Positions 41,884 to 50,593 of a DNA stretch of 64,000 nt are shown in pieces. Source of the DNA: Rectinemataceae bacterium (GTDB taxonomy: Bacteria; Spirochaetota; Spirochaetia; Treponematales; Rectinemataceae); contig DATKVC010000001.1 of NCBI GenBank assembly GCA_035530275.1, positions 5,791 to 69,790 of the forward strand, in the 5' to 3' direction. Under the pieces are notes generated by a model. That model did not search any database. It saw only the letters and a program-made list of their open reading frames with translations, and was not told the origin of the DNA. The translations under genes were made by a program, and so were the position numbers. Positions within the stretch are counted from its first letter, which is position 1. The number at the start of each line of letters is the position of its first letter.

Positions 41884-42527
41884 GGCGGCCTCCTGTTATA
41901 ACAATGATAGTACATCAAAGTGCCAGCGACAAGCGATCCAAGGCAAGGGAATGGGCCTTGGCTGCAAGCAGAAGCGGAAGTTAAAGGCAACGAACGAACT
42001 CGAAGCACGACCTCCCGAGCAGGGCCCTCGACGCCGAACTGGAAGCGGCTCTCGTTACGCTCAGGAAGGTACACTCGGCCGTCGGCCTGCCGGTCTTCGT
42101 GAAGCTCGCGCGGAGCCTGAAGATCCTCGATGGGACGGACAAGGGCCCTTCGGACATAAAGAATTGCGTCGACTTTGGCGCTGTCGAAGAGGGCGGCATA
42201 GCTTTGCCTAAATGCCGGGTCCATGGCCGCAGCCGCCTCCCTGTCGAAAAGACGCAGGGACTTGGTGCGGGGAATGATGCCGTGAAGATCGTCGATCAGC
42301 CATCGCGAGAAGGGGCTTGCAAGCTCCTCGTGGGCATAGGTAAAGGTCCCGAGCGCGACGAGGATGCTCGGGTTCCAATAATTGGCCGCGGCCTGGTCGA
42401 GGGCGGAGGCAAGTTCGTCATTCCAGGAATCGGCTGCCAGACGAGGAGGAGACGCCACTACCGTCGCGAGGAGAATCGCGACGGCCGCGATGCGGAAGAC
42501 TCGGAAAATGGCGAATCGGTACGGCAC
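41868..42527 (-). CDS. hypothetical secreted protein; the 3-prime end may have been remodelled by the mazEF insertion
   Basis: Signal peptide (AILLATVVASPPRLAADS). The last 40 or so codons lie in lower-GC DNA and overlap the mazE start by 16 nt. Confidence 0.45.
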   Translation of the reverse strand: MPYRFAIFRVFRIAAVAILLATVVASPPRLAADSWNDELASALDQAAANYWNPSILVALGTFTYAHEELASPFSRWLIDDLHGIIPRTKSLRLFDREAAAAMDPAFRQSYAALFDSAKVDAILYVRRALVRPIEDLQAPRELHEDRQADGRVYLPERNESRFQFGVEGPAREVVLRVRSLPLTSASACSQGPFPCLGSLVAGTLMYYHCYNRRPPCLRQ

Positions 42528-42603
42528 TTTATGATATTCCTCAATTCGATAATAGGAATATCACCAAGTTAAGGGCCTATTCGTCCCCCTCGCAATCGGA
42601 ATG

Positions 42604-42969
42604 TCAGGCGACCGCTTCGACCTTGAGCACGTCGCTGATGGCGCGCTCGAGTTCTTTTTTGGGCAGGGCGCCCATGGCATAGCTCGGCTGGCCTTCCATC
42701 GGGATGAAAAATATCGTTGGAATGCTCTGGACCTGGAACATGCCGGCGAGCTCGGGTTCGGCTTCCGTGTCGATCTTGTAGACCCGAAGCTTGCCGTCGT
42801 ACTTCTTGCCGAGTTCCTCGAGGACGGGCGCGACCATCCTGCAGGGGGCGCACCAGTCGGCATAGAAGTCGATGATGGCGGGAAGATCGCCCTCATACTT
42901 CCATTCCTTGTTGGCCTCGAAGTTGAAAACCTTCTCCTTGAAGGTCGTCATGGTAAGATGCTCGCTCAT
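42604..42969 (-). CDS. trxA: thioredoxin
   Basis: DFYADWCAPCRMVAP (WCxPC). Start at MSEHLTMTTF (ATG 42969) with AAGGAG upstream. Confidence 0.9.
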   Translation of the reverse strand: MSEHLTMTTFKEKVFNFEANKEWKYEGDLPAIIDFYADWCAPCRMVAPVLEELGKKYDGKLRVYKIDTEAEPELAGMFQVQSIPTIFFIPMEGQPSYAMGALPKKELERAISDVLKVEAVA

Positions 42970-43141
42970 GCTACGCTCCTTTATGCGCTGACCATGGGGA
43001 TCCGTATATCCGTCGGCGGTCGCTCTGCCGCTATGCACGATCACGTTAAAAACAATATAGCGTTTTCTATATGTTTAGTCCAGTACGCGAAGGCCCGACA
43101 AACCAGACAAACCTTCGATCGGGCAAGGAAAGGAATGACCC

Positions 43142-43534
43142 ATGAGCGAAGACAAGCTTTTCGACAAAAGCATCGCCGAATGGCAGAAGGAGCGCCTCCT
43201 CCTCAACGAAAAGGTGATGGATGTCGCCGGTCTCGAAATCAAGCGCTTCTTCAGCCTCGACACCCAAACCTACCGCGAAGGGGCCCTCCCGGCAAGGACG
43301 AAGGAACTCCTCGGCCTCGTCGCCTCCCTCGTACTCCGCTGCGACGACTGCATCCTCTACCACGTCATCAGATGCCATGAAGAAGGCATCTCAAGCGAGG
43401 AATTCCAGGAGGCCTGCTCGGTCGGCCTCATCGTCGGCGGCTCGATCGTCATTCCCCATCTCCGTCGGGCGGCTGCCCGCTGGGCGGAATTGACCGAAAG
43501 GCGGGGCCAACCCGGCACGGATCAGCCGGTCTGA
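43142..43534 (+). CDS. AhpD-like / carboxymuconolactone decarboxylase family protein with a CxxC motif
   Basis: LLGLVASLVLRCDDCILYH is typical of AhpD-like alkylhydroperoxidase-family proteins. Confidence 0.75.
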   Translation: MSEDKLFDKSIAEWQKERLLLNEKVMDVAGLEIKRFFSLDTQTYREGALPARTKELLGLVASLVLRCDDCILYHVIRCHEEGISSEEFQEACSVGLIVGGSIVIPHLRRAAARWAELTERRGQPGTDQPV

Positions 43535-45000
43535 AGGGGGCGACCGATCAAGAAGAGACTCGCGTCGTCCCGAAGCGTCGCGCGCGAATGCCTATCGAGC
43601 ACCAAGGCGCGGAGCGAGTCCACCAACTCGTCGATCGACAAACCGCGCCGCGCCTCGAGGCTGGCGATGAGACCTCCCAAGTCGGCGCCGCTGTCGATTC
43701 CGAAGGCTCCTTCCAGAAAGCCGTCCGAAACCAGGAGAAGTCTGTCTCCCGGACCGAGGGCCCCCTCGACCTCTTCGACGGCGAGGCTGCTCATGACGCC
43801 GACGGCGACACCCTTCGGGCTAAGGACTCGACAGGATCCCGAGCTCGGCATGAGGAGAGCGGGGGGGTGTCCGGCGCGGGCAAGGGAATACTCCCCCGTC
43901 CGGCCGTCGATAAAACCCAGGGCGATCGTGAAAAAGGGCTTGCTGCCCTTGGCGCCGATATATCGTTCGTTGAGATTCCGAATCAGCGCTGCGGCCGAAT
44001 GCGAATCCCTTCTGCGCGACTCGGTCGCGAGATCCCGGATCATCGTATGCACGGAAAAAGCGACGAGCGAAGCCAGGCCCCCGTGGCCCGCGACATCGAG
44101 GTCGAAAAAAACCGCGTGTCGTGCATCGACGGGGAAGGCCTCAACGATGTCGCCCGAGCCCGAGGAACAGGGGAGGAGGAAGCCTCCCGTCTCGAAATCG
44201 GGGCCGGCGGAATCTGGGGTGGGCACAAGCGATTCGAGATCGCGGTTGATCGTCGCAGCCGAACGTTCGAGATGTCTTCGCTCGACAGGGCTCATGCTTT
44301 CGAAAAGGAGGAGGCTGCCGATTCGCTCGCCATCCTCATGGACTATGTCCTCGATGCGACAATATACCGTGATGAAACCCTCATCGGCTCCGCGCACGAT
44401 GGCCTCGCCCCCGCCAGGCAAGCCGTCGTCGCCGGTCTCTCCTCGCTGCACGAATCTCGACAAGGGCATCCCCCCGAGTCGCGCCGACTTGTCGAAGCCG
44501 AGAAGTTCGAGGGCGGAGGCATTCGCATGAACTATGACGTCTCCCAAGTCGGCAAGAAGGGCCGGTTCGCCGAGGGCGTCGAGCAGGGCTATTGAATCCC
44601 GCAATCCCATCTTCACGTGAGGCCCCGCATGGGCCTTGGCGAGGGCGAGCCCGATGTTCGCCGCCAGCTCCCTTTCGTCGAAGGGCTTGAGGAGGTAGGC
44701 GTCGGGTTCCGTCGCCGCCGCCCTCTCGAGTGTGCCGCGATCGGAATAGGCGGTCAGGTAGATCACGGGGATGTCGAATCGCGCCTTGAGCAGGGTAACG
44801 GCCTCGATGCCGTCGACCCTTCCCTCGATGTGCACGTCCATGAGCACCAGCGAAGGTTTCAGGCGGGTCACGGCCTCGAGCACCTCCTCGCCGACGCTGA
44901 TGATCTCGGGCACATGGTACCCGAGCTGCTCGAGATCTTCCTTGATCTCGAGGGCCACGAGAGGCTCGTCCTCCACCACCAGAATGGATTCAGTTTTCAA
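43522..45000 (-). CDS. response regulator with PAS-like linker and PP2C/SpoIIE phosphatase output
   Basis: REC domain (ILVVEDEP...LMDVHI...TAYSD), then a SpoIIE-type domain (FFDLDVAGHGGLAS...LLVSDG). Confidence 0.85.
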   Translation of the reverse strand: MKTESILVVEDEPLVALEIKEDLEQLGYHVPEIISVGEEVLEAVTRLKPSLVLMDVHIEGRVDGIEAVTLLKARFDIPVIYLTAYSDRGTLERAAATEPDAYLLKPFDERELAANIGLALAKAHAGPHVKMGLRDSIALLDALGEPALLADLGDVIVHANASALELLGFDKSARLGGMPLSRFVQRGETGDDGLPGGGEAIVRGADEGFITVYCRIEDIVHEDGERIGSLLLFESMSPVERRHLERSAATINRDLESLVPTPDSAGPDFETGGFLLPCSSGSGDIVEAFPVDARHAVFFDLDVAGHGGLASLVAFSVHTMIRDLATESRRRDSHSAAALIRNLNERYIGAKGSKPFFTIALGFIDGRTGEYSLARAGHPPALLMPSSGSCRVLSPKGVAVGVMSSLAVEEVEGALGPGDRLLLVSDGFLEGAFGIDSGADLGGLIASLEARRGLSIDELVDSLRALVLDRHSRATLRDDASLFLIGRPLQTG

Positions 45001-47068
45001 GATTCTTCTCCTTATCCGGCCCTGACGGCTCGGATGCGACGACGAAAGGGGTGACTGACGGCCCGGAGTTCGTCTTGCCGAGGATCGCCAGGCTCAATTC
45101 GATGCGCCCTCCGGGGCCGGGCATCACGACGAGACTCCCGCGATGCTTCTTGACAAGCCCGGTGAGGATCCGGAATCCGAGGGTCTTGGCCGAGGAGGGA
45201 TTGAAACCCTGCGCAAAGCCGGGCCCACCGTCCTCGATGCCGAGGCGCAGCATCGCGCCTTCCGACCTCAATCGGAGTCGTATCGAGATGGGCTGGCCCT
45301 CCGAGGTCGAATGCTTGACCGCGTTCACGACGAGCTCGGTGAGAATGAGTCCGAAGTCCACGCAGTCGTCCACGTCCACCATGAGAGGGCTGGTCTCAAT
45401 GTCGATCTGCAGCGCCTCCGACACGCCATTGGCATCGCCGCCGAAATTGCCGGCGAGCTGGCCGACGAGATCGCGCGCGTATTCGCCAATGTCGAGGAAC
45501 TCGGATGACCGCAGGCCATAGAGTTTTTCATGCACGAGGCTGATGGCGCGTATGCGGTGGCGCGCCATGCCGTAGACCTCGAGCACCGCCGGGTCGCTCG
45601 TGCGATGGGCTTGGAGCCCGAGGCTGCTCGACACGATCTGGAGGCTGTTCTTGACGCGATGATGAACCTCGCGAAGAAGGAGGTCCTTCTCCGCCAGGGC
45701 CGTCTCGAGCCTCTCTTGGGTGTCGCGATAAAGCTCGTTTTCTTCCGCCAGCCGCGAGTTGACTGAGGCAAGCTCCCTTTGCAGGGTTTCGCTGCGATCG
45801 AAGGCCTTCGAGAAACGCTTCCCGAGAATGCCGGATTGCACCATGGTGAAGGCGACGAAGCCGAGTCCGATCATATTGCCTGTAGTTATGATGAAACTCG
45901 TATAGAGCACGTCGTTCGCCATGGCGGCCGCGAGGATGAGGCCGCCGCAAAGGATCGGCACGGCGCCTTCCCTCTTGCGTCGAATCGCGGGCAGGATGAT
46001 GCCCGCAAGTATGAGGACCGCGGCCACCAAGGCGATGGCATAGAAGGCGAATACGGACCAGGATAGGACGGAAAGCGGCACGGGAGGCAGGCACAGAAGG
46101 AAGAGGGCCGCGAAGGGGAGGATTATCGCGACGACGAGACCCTGTCTTCTTTCCAGCGGGAAAAGCTCGGTCAAGAATAGGGTGAACAAGGGAATCGGCA
46201 GAAAGACCGAAAGGTATTCGAGGCGTACGACGAGGCCGAATGAAACGGTCGGGAAGATCTCGACGAGGAGGTATTCGCCGGTGACCCACATCCTGAGGAA
46301 GAGATCGAGGGCGAAGAGGGTGAAATAGAGATAAACCTTTTCCTGCCTGCGGAAGAAAAATATGATTGCCGAATTGATCGCCATTATGAGGATCGCGGTG
46401 GCCTCGACGTAGACCATGATGTCCGCTGCCCGCTTCGAATCCTCGAGCAAGGTGGCCTTTCCGAGGATGAAGGGGCGCCATAGCCCCCCTTCCCTGTACT
46501 CATGGTTCGATACCCTCACGACGAGATCGAGTTCCTGCCTCCCCTCCGGAAGGATAGACACGCCGGGCTGAAAGGTCGGGATCGCCGCGGATTCGTCGAG
46601 GCTCGGCTTGCCGGCTTTGGCGAGAAGCATATCGTTGACCTCGAGTTCGAAGGCGGTCGACACGGTTCGATACCGGATCGCGAGCTCCGGAGCGGAGGGG
46701 GGGAGGAGGACACGGAGCCTATAGGTTCCGGCGCCCTTGCCCCAGCTCTCGCCCGCGTCCTTACCCTTCCAGAGATCGGGAACACGCCTATATGCGGAGG
46801 CCGGCGCCGCCTCCGCTTCCTTTTCTCCGATCAAGCGTTCAGGATAGAAGGCCCACGTTCCCGCGAGAGGCAGGGCCCCGTCGCGATCGAAATCCCATGA
46901 TCGCAAATCGAGGATACCCGCCGCAGCCTTGGGCTCGCCGCGATCGACGCAGGAAATGGATGATAAGGATAGCAGGATGATGCCGATAGCTTCCGCCACA
47001 TGCAGAGCGCGCGACGCAGGCCTGACGATGAGGCCGGAATTTCCGCTACTGACAAGCGCTGGCATCAC
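44990..47068 (-). CDS. 7TMR-DISM sensor histidine kinase (HisKA_2/HWE-type)
   Basis: Periplasmic 7TMR-DISMED2-like N-terminus, 7 TM helices, coiled coil, the phosphoacceptor motif EVHHRVKNSLQIV and an HATPase domain. Overlaps the RR gene by 11 nt. Confidence 0.85.
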   Translation of the reverse strand: MMPALVSSGNSGLIVRPASRALHVAEAIGIILLSLSSISCVDRGEPKAAAGILDLRSWDFDRDGALPLAGTWAFYPERLIGEKEAEAAPASAYRRVPDLWKGKDAGESWGKGAGTYRLRVLLPPSAPELAIRYRTVSTAFELEVNDMLLAKAGKPSLDESAAIPTFQPGVSILPEGRQELDLVVRVSNHEYREGGLWRPFILGKATLLEDSKRAADIMVYVEATAILIMAINSAIIFFFRRQEKVYLYFTLFALDLFLRMWVTGEYLLVEIFPTVSFGLVVRLEYLSVFLPIPLFTLFLTELFPLERRQGLVVAIILPFAALFLLCLPPVPLSVLSWSVFAFYAIALVAAVLILAGIILPAIRRKREGAVPILCGGLILAAAMANDVLYTSFIITTGNMIGLGFVAFTMVQSGILGKRFSKAFDRSETLQRELASVNSRLAEENELYRDTQERLETALAEKDLLLREVHHRVKNSLQIVSSSLGLQAHRTSDPAVLEVYGMARHRIRAISLVHEKLYGLRSSEFLDIGEYARDLVGQLAGNFGGDANGVSEALQIDIETSPLMVDVDDCVDFGLILTELVVNAVKHSTSEGQPISIRLRLRSEGAMLRLGIEDGGPGFAQGFNPSSAKTLGFRILTGLVKKHRGSLVVMPGPGGRIELSLAILGKTNSGPSVTPFVVASEPSGPDKEKNLEN

Positions 47069-47281
47069 CTTACTCCATCACGCGCGCGCTCGCGACATGG
47101 CCGACCGGGCGCGATTCCGGCGCCTCGGAGCGACGACCCTCGTCACCCGCGATTTCGGCTCGCTTCATCATAGCCCCTTCGGGCCGAAGATCAAGCCAGC
47201 ACGATCATAAAGCGATAACGAAGCGGCTAACCTGCACTTGTGGCGCTCGGCCCGGTGTCCTCGAATTTCGAGATTCGGAAG

Positions 47282-47314
47282 AAAAAAAAGCCGTCCGAAT
47301 CGCCGGACGGCTTT
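47282..47314 (-). terminator. rho-independent terminator after tRNA-Glu
   Basis: On the minus strand: agccgtccg-gcgatt-cggacggct followed by T8. Confidence 0.85.
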
Positions 47315-47319
47315 ACAAA

Positions 47320-47391
47320 CATCCCCATGGGTAATCGAAACCCAGTTGCCGGGATGAAAACCCGGTGTCCTAACCGCTAGACGATGGGGAC
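47320..47391 (-). tRNA. tRNA-Glu (anticodon UUC), 72 nt, CCA not encoded
   Basis: Hand-folded cloverleaf: acceptor GTCCCCA/TGGGGAT, D arm GTCT-AGCGGTTA-GGAC, anticodon arm CCGGG-TTTTCAT-CCCGG, T arm TGGGT-TTCGATT-ACCCA, discriminator G. Confidence 0.9.
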
Positions 47392-47400
47392 AGGCACCAT

Positions 47401-47429
47401 TTTTTTACCCGAATGGCAGGGGAGTGTCA
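47401..47429 (-). promoter_or_regulatory. sigma70-like promoter for tRNA-Glu (TTGACA-N17-TAAAAA), about 10 nt upstream of the mature 5-prime end
   Basis: Hexamers and spacing read from the minus strand. Confidence 0.45.
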
Positions 47430-47492
47430 AGATGGAACAAGGAAAGAAGACCGGAGCGGAATCTCGATCACGGTCGCTGCCGATTCGCTCCT

Positions 47493-48746
47493 TCACATCC
47501 TAAGTTTATCGAGGACGAGGCGTTTGAGTTCTCGAGCTTCGTGGCTGTCCGGGTTGATCTTCAGGGATTCCTCGCAGTCGGCCAGGGCCTTGGGAAAATC
47601 GCCGATATGCCAGTAGCACTGGGCCCTGCGATAGAGGGCGAAGAACTGGTAGGGATTGATGCGGAGGGAAAGGCTGAAATCATCGATACCCGCGCCGTAT
47701 TCACCCGTGACCGAGCGTGTCACCCCGCGAAAGTAGGCCGACTTGTAGCAGCTTGGATTCAGGTCGAGGGCCCTTCCGAAGTCGGCGATGGCCTCGTCGT
47801 ACCGCGACTCCGAAAAAAAGGCCATGCCGCGGTGCTTGTGTACCGCCGAAGCGAGGACGGGGGGCAGCTCGTTTTCGAGGATCGAGCTATAGATGCCGAT
47901 GGCGAGCGCGTAATTTCGCCTATTGTGGGCGTAGAGCGCGTCGAGGAGGAGATCGTCGATGGTGATCGCCCCGGAGGGAGGGAAGGTCTCGTCATCCTCC
48001 TCGTCCCGGGGACCGGCTGGACCGCCGGCAGGAACGGGAAAAACCGAGCCGTCTATCGCCTCTCCGATCTTCAGGTAAAAGGCTTCGCGACGGGAGTTGA
48101 GCTCGTAGCCGAGGCGATGCTGATAGTCGCGAATCTCCTGGAAAATGATGTCCGATAGGGAAAGATTCGCGTTGAGGGCGGCCAGCTTGCGCTTCATCGG
48201 CTCGTCGAAGGGGGTTATTTCCGCCTTGTAAACGAGCTCGTGCTCGACCTCGGCCCAGGCTTCTTGAAGGATGGTGCGAAGCTGGATTTCCACCAGCTCG
48301 AGGCCGGAATCGGGCATCTCTTGCTTGAGATTGGCCGGGATCTCGACAAGGAGATGAATGGACTCGTAGCCGAATTCCTTGAAGGAGCGCTCCGCGCCCT
48401 TTCGTTCGACTTCGGCGATGGAAAAGACCTCGCGCAACGCGGCTTCCACGCCTTCGATATCGCCGAGAAAGGGACATACGATCCTGATGCCTATGATGTC
48501 CGTAAGCTTGGCGACGCTTCGCCCCCCCTCCCTCGCCTCTCGAAGCAGTCTGAGCTTCTTGCGATAGAGGCTTTCAAAGCTCTTCACCCTGCCCTTGATG
48601 GTGGGATGAAAGCCCTTGCGTTCGACAGCCGCCCGCGCCTGCCTCTCTATCGCGGCAAGGAGGCCTCGCCAGGACTCTTCCCTGCGTCGATAGTCGGCCT
48701 CGACCAGGCTTCTATCGGGTATAGGCTCGATGCGATCGCTTTCCAT
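47493..48746 (-). CDS. small alarmone synthetase (RelA/SpoT synthetase domain) fused to C-terminal TPR repeats
   Basis: GRVKSFESLYRKK, DIIGIRIVCPF, FGYESIHLLV and EIQLRTILQEAWAEVEHELVYK are synthetase motifs. The last 170 or so aa are TPR-like. No HD hydrolase domain. Confidence 0.85.
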   Translation of the reverse strand: MESDRIEPIPDRSLVEADYRRREESWRGLLAAIERQARAAVERKGFHPTIKGRVKSFESLYRKKLRLLREAREGGRSVAKLTDIIGIRIVCPFLGDIEGVEAALREVFSIAEVERKGAERSFKEFGYESIHLLVEIPANLKQEMPDSGLELVEIQLRTILQEAWAEVEHELVYKAEITPFDEPMKRKLAALNANLSLSDIIFQEIRDYQHRLGYELNSRREAFYLKIGEAIDGSVFPVPAGGPAGPRDEEDDETFPPSGAITIDDLLLDALYAHNRRNYALAIGIYSSILENELPPVLASAVHKHRGMAFFSESRYDEAIADFGRALDLNPSCYKSAYFRGVTRSVTGEYGAGIDDFSLSLRINPYQFFALYRRAQCYWHIGDFPKALADCEESLKINPDSHEARELKRLVLDKLRM

Positions 48747-48785
48747 GGGCCCTGCCTTGGCGTAAGTTCGGAAGAAGTGCGTCCA

Positions 48786-48814
48786 GAAAAAAGGAGCCGT
48801 CTTCGACGGCTCCT
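48786..48814 (-). terminator. rho-independent terminator after flaA
   Basis: On the minus strand: aggagccgtc-gaa-gacggctcct followed by T6-7. Confidence 0.75.
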
Positions 48815-48836
48815 CGTGTTTCGAAAAATAGACCGC

Positions 48837-49970
48837 TTACTTGGTAGGCGTAGAGGCGCTGAAGTCGGCGTTCGTATCCTGCTTCTGCTTCTCGAGGTAG
48901 CGCTCGACCTGGACGTTGCCGAAGCTCCTGGACTCGAGGATCTTCCTCTCCTTTTCGCGGTCGCTGATGATACCCCAGACGGCCTCATCGTTGATGTCAC
49001 GGACGGGGTCGAGGACGGCGCGGTCATAGAGGATCTTCACATCCTTGAAGTAGGCGACGAAATCGCCTCCGACCGCATTCGCGTCGCGGGTGATCACGAA
49101 GCCGGCGAGCTTCACGAAGGGGACGGACGCCGGATAAAGGGGGTCGATCCTGAGCTCGCGGTTGCGGACCTGCGAAACGTACTGGGGATTGTCCCAGCGA
49201 AGTTCCTTCCAACCGTCGAAATTGAGGTAGCCCATGAAAACCATGTGCTCGTCGTTGTTCTGGTCGGTGAGGACGGCGTAGAGCCCGTGGGGGAACTGGA
49301 GACCGCGGACCGTGACGGCGACGGACTTGAGGGTTCCGACGTTTTTCACGATGCCGTAGGCGGTGATGACCTTGCTGGTCGTGTCGTAGCTGCCCTCGAA
49401 GCGGCTCAAGTTGGCATTGATGGGATCGGTGGCGGGAGCCGCCGCCGCGGTCGTCCCCGTGGCAGCCGTACCGGAGGCCGCGGTGGCCCCGACGGGCGTG
49501 ATCACGCCCTGATCGTCAATCGTCGCCTTGGGTTCGAAGGCGGGAATCTCGAAGGGGGGATTGATGCGCGCCCAGCTGTTGAAGGGAGCGGTCGGGAAAT
49601 GGATCCTGACGCCGAAGACAGTCTGTCCGGCATACTGCTTGGCGCTGGCGGAAACGGCGGCTTCCTTGGTGTAGGAAAGCTCGTTGTTGAGGATGTTCTG
49701 GGACGAAGAGGCTAGAAGCACATCCCAGTTGCCGATCGCGAGCGAGGTCCGCATCTGCTTTTTCTGCTCGTCCGTGAAGCTGGCGCCGGCGGTGGACGAG
49801 AAGTCCATCATGGTCGCTCGGTTCTGGGTCATCACTCCCTGGTTGGCGGGATCGGGAATGATGTCCGCCTTGAGGAGGTTGAAGTCCATGAGGACGGCTT
49901 CGTCGGCGGACAAGGCGACGCCACCCACGAAGAGAAGAGCAAGCGCGATTACGAAGAACTGCCTTCTCAT
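48837..49970 (-). CDS. flaA: flagellar filament outer layer (sheath) protein
   Basis: Signal peptide, then SADEAVLMDFNLLKADI. Size and composition match spirochaetal FlaA as I recall it; flagellar context. Confidence 0.7.
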   Translation of the reverse strand: MRRQFFVIALALLFVGGVALSADEAVLMDFNLLKADIIPDPANQGVMTQNRATMMDFSSTAGASFTDEQKKQMRTSLAIGNWDVLLASSSQNILNNELSYTKEAAVSASAKQYAGQTVFGVRIHFPTAPFNSWARINPPFEIPAFEPKATIDDQGVITPVGATAASGTAATGTTAAAAPATDPINANLSRFEGSYDTTSKVITAYGIVKNVGTLKSVAVTVRGLQFPHGLYAVLTDQNNDEHMVFMGYLNFDGWKELRWDNPQYVSQVRNRELRIDPLYPASVPFVKLAGFVITRDANAVGGDFVAYFKDVKILYDRAVLDPVRDINDEAVWGIISDREKERKILESRSFGNVQVERYLEKQKQDTNADFSASTPTK

Positions 49971-50026
49971 AACTGAAGCTCCTTTCGTATCATTCTAGTC
50001 AAGGGAATGCTCGTATTTGCTCTCGA

Positions 50027-50054
50027 AGTATAATCTCCGAAAGACCTTTGTCAA
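50027..50054 (-). promoter_or_regulatory. sigma70-like promoter for flaA (TTGACA-N16-TATACT); the -35 overlaps the stop codon of the upstream gene
   Basis: Hexamers read on the minus strand. AAAGGAG RBS lies before ATG 49970. Confidence 0.5.
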
Positions 50055-50593
50055 TTCTTTTCACGGTTTTTCCGGGCGGTTGGCATCGCTTGAGCGAGTC
50101 CCTCGTCCCAAGGCTGGAAGCCCCCTATTGTGATGACGACATGCCTAACCTGGTGCAGGCCGAGACGAAGCGTCCTTTCCAGGGCCGTAAGGGCGAGCCG
50201 AAGGTCGCTTCCGGGAATGAGGGCGGCTTCTTCGCCGATATCGACGAAGAGGGTTCCCTTCCGATAGAGGAGCCCATTCAAGGCCGTTCCCGATGGAACG
50301 GCGGGCAGAAGATTGGGATTCGCGGGGCCGAGAAGGAATTCCGCGACGAGACCCCGGGCCTTCTCTTCGGTGCCGGAACGCCTGGGCATGTAGCGCAGCT
50401 CCCCTTGGAGGGATTTTCCGCCGGCATTCGGGAAATAGAGCAGGTAGCCGCTATTCTTGTCGAAAATCGCCCAGGATCCGAGCGAGACGAGGAAGGCGAG
50501 CACTAGAAGAAAGGCGAAAAGACGAGTTGGAGGGGAAACCCAGACGAAAAACTGCCGTAGCCGCCCGAGAGCACGTTCGGGAATATTCTTCAT
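50051..50593 (-). CDS. GerMN domain protein (membrane-anchored)
   Basis: TM anchor then a GerMN-like domain (LYFPNAGG...AEFLLGP...TLFVDIG). ATGA overlap with the amidase gene. Confidence 0.6.
   Translation of the reverse strand: MKNIPERALGRLRQFFVWVSPPTRLFAFLLVLAFLVSLGSWAIFDKNSGYLLYFPNAGGKSLQGELRYMPRRSGTEEKARGLVAEFLLGPANPNLLPAVPSGTALNGLLYRKGTLFVDIGEEAALIPGSDLRLALTALERTLRLGLHQVRHVVITIGGFQPWDEGLAQAMPTARKNREKN

Noticed and set aside
47493-48746. SAS-TPR as a toxSAS toxin-antitoxin or CapRel-like defence protein
   Set aside because: There is no adjacent antitoxin ORF and no zinc-finger-like pseudo-antitoxin domain. The TPR fusion is, to my recollection, a known spirochaetal SAS architecture. I kept it only as a low-to-moderate interest finding.
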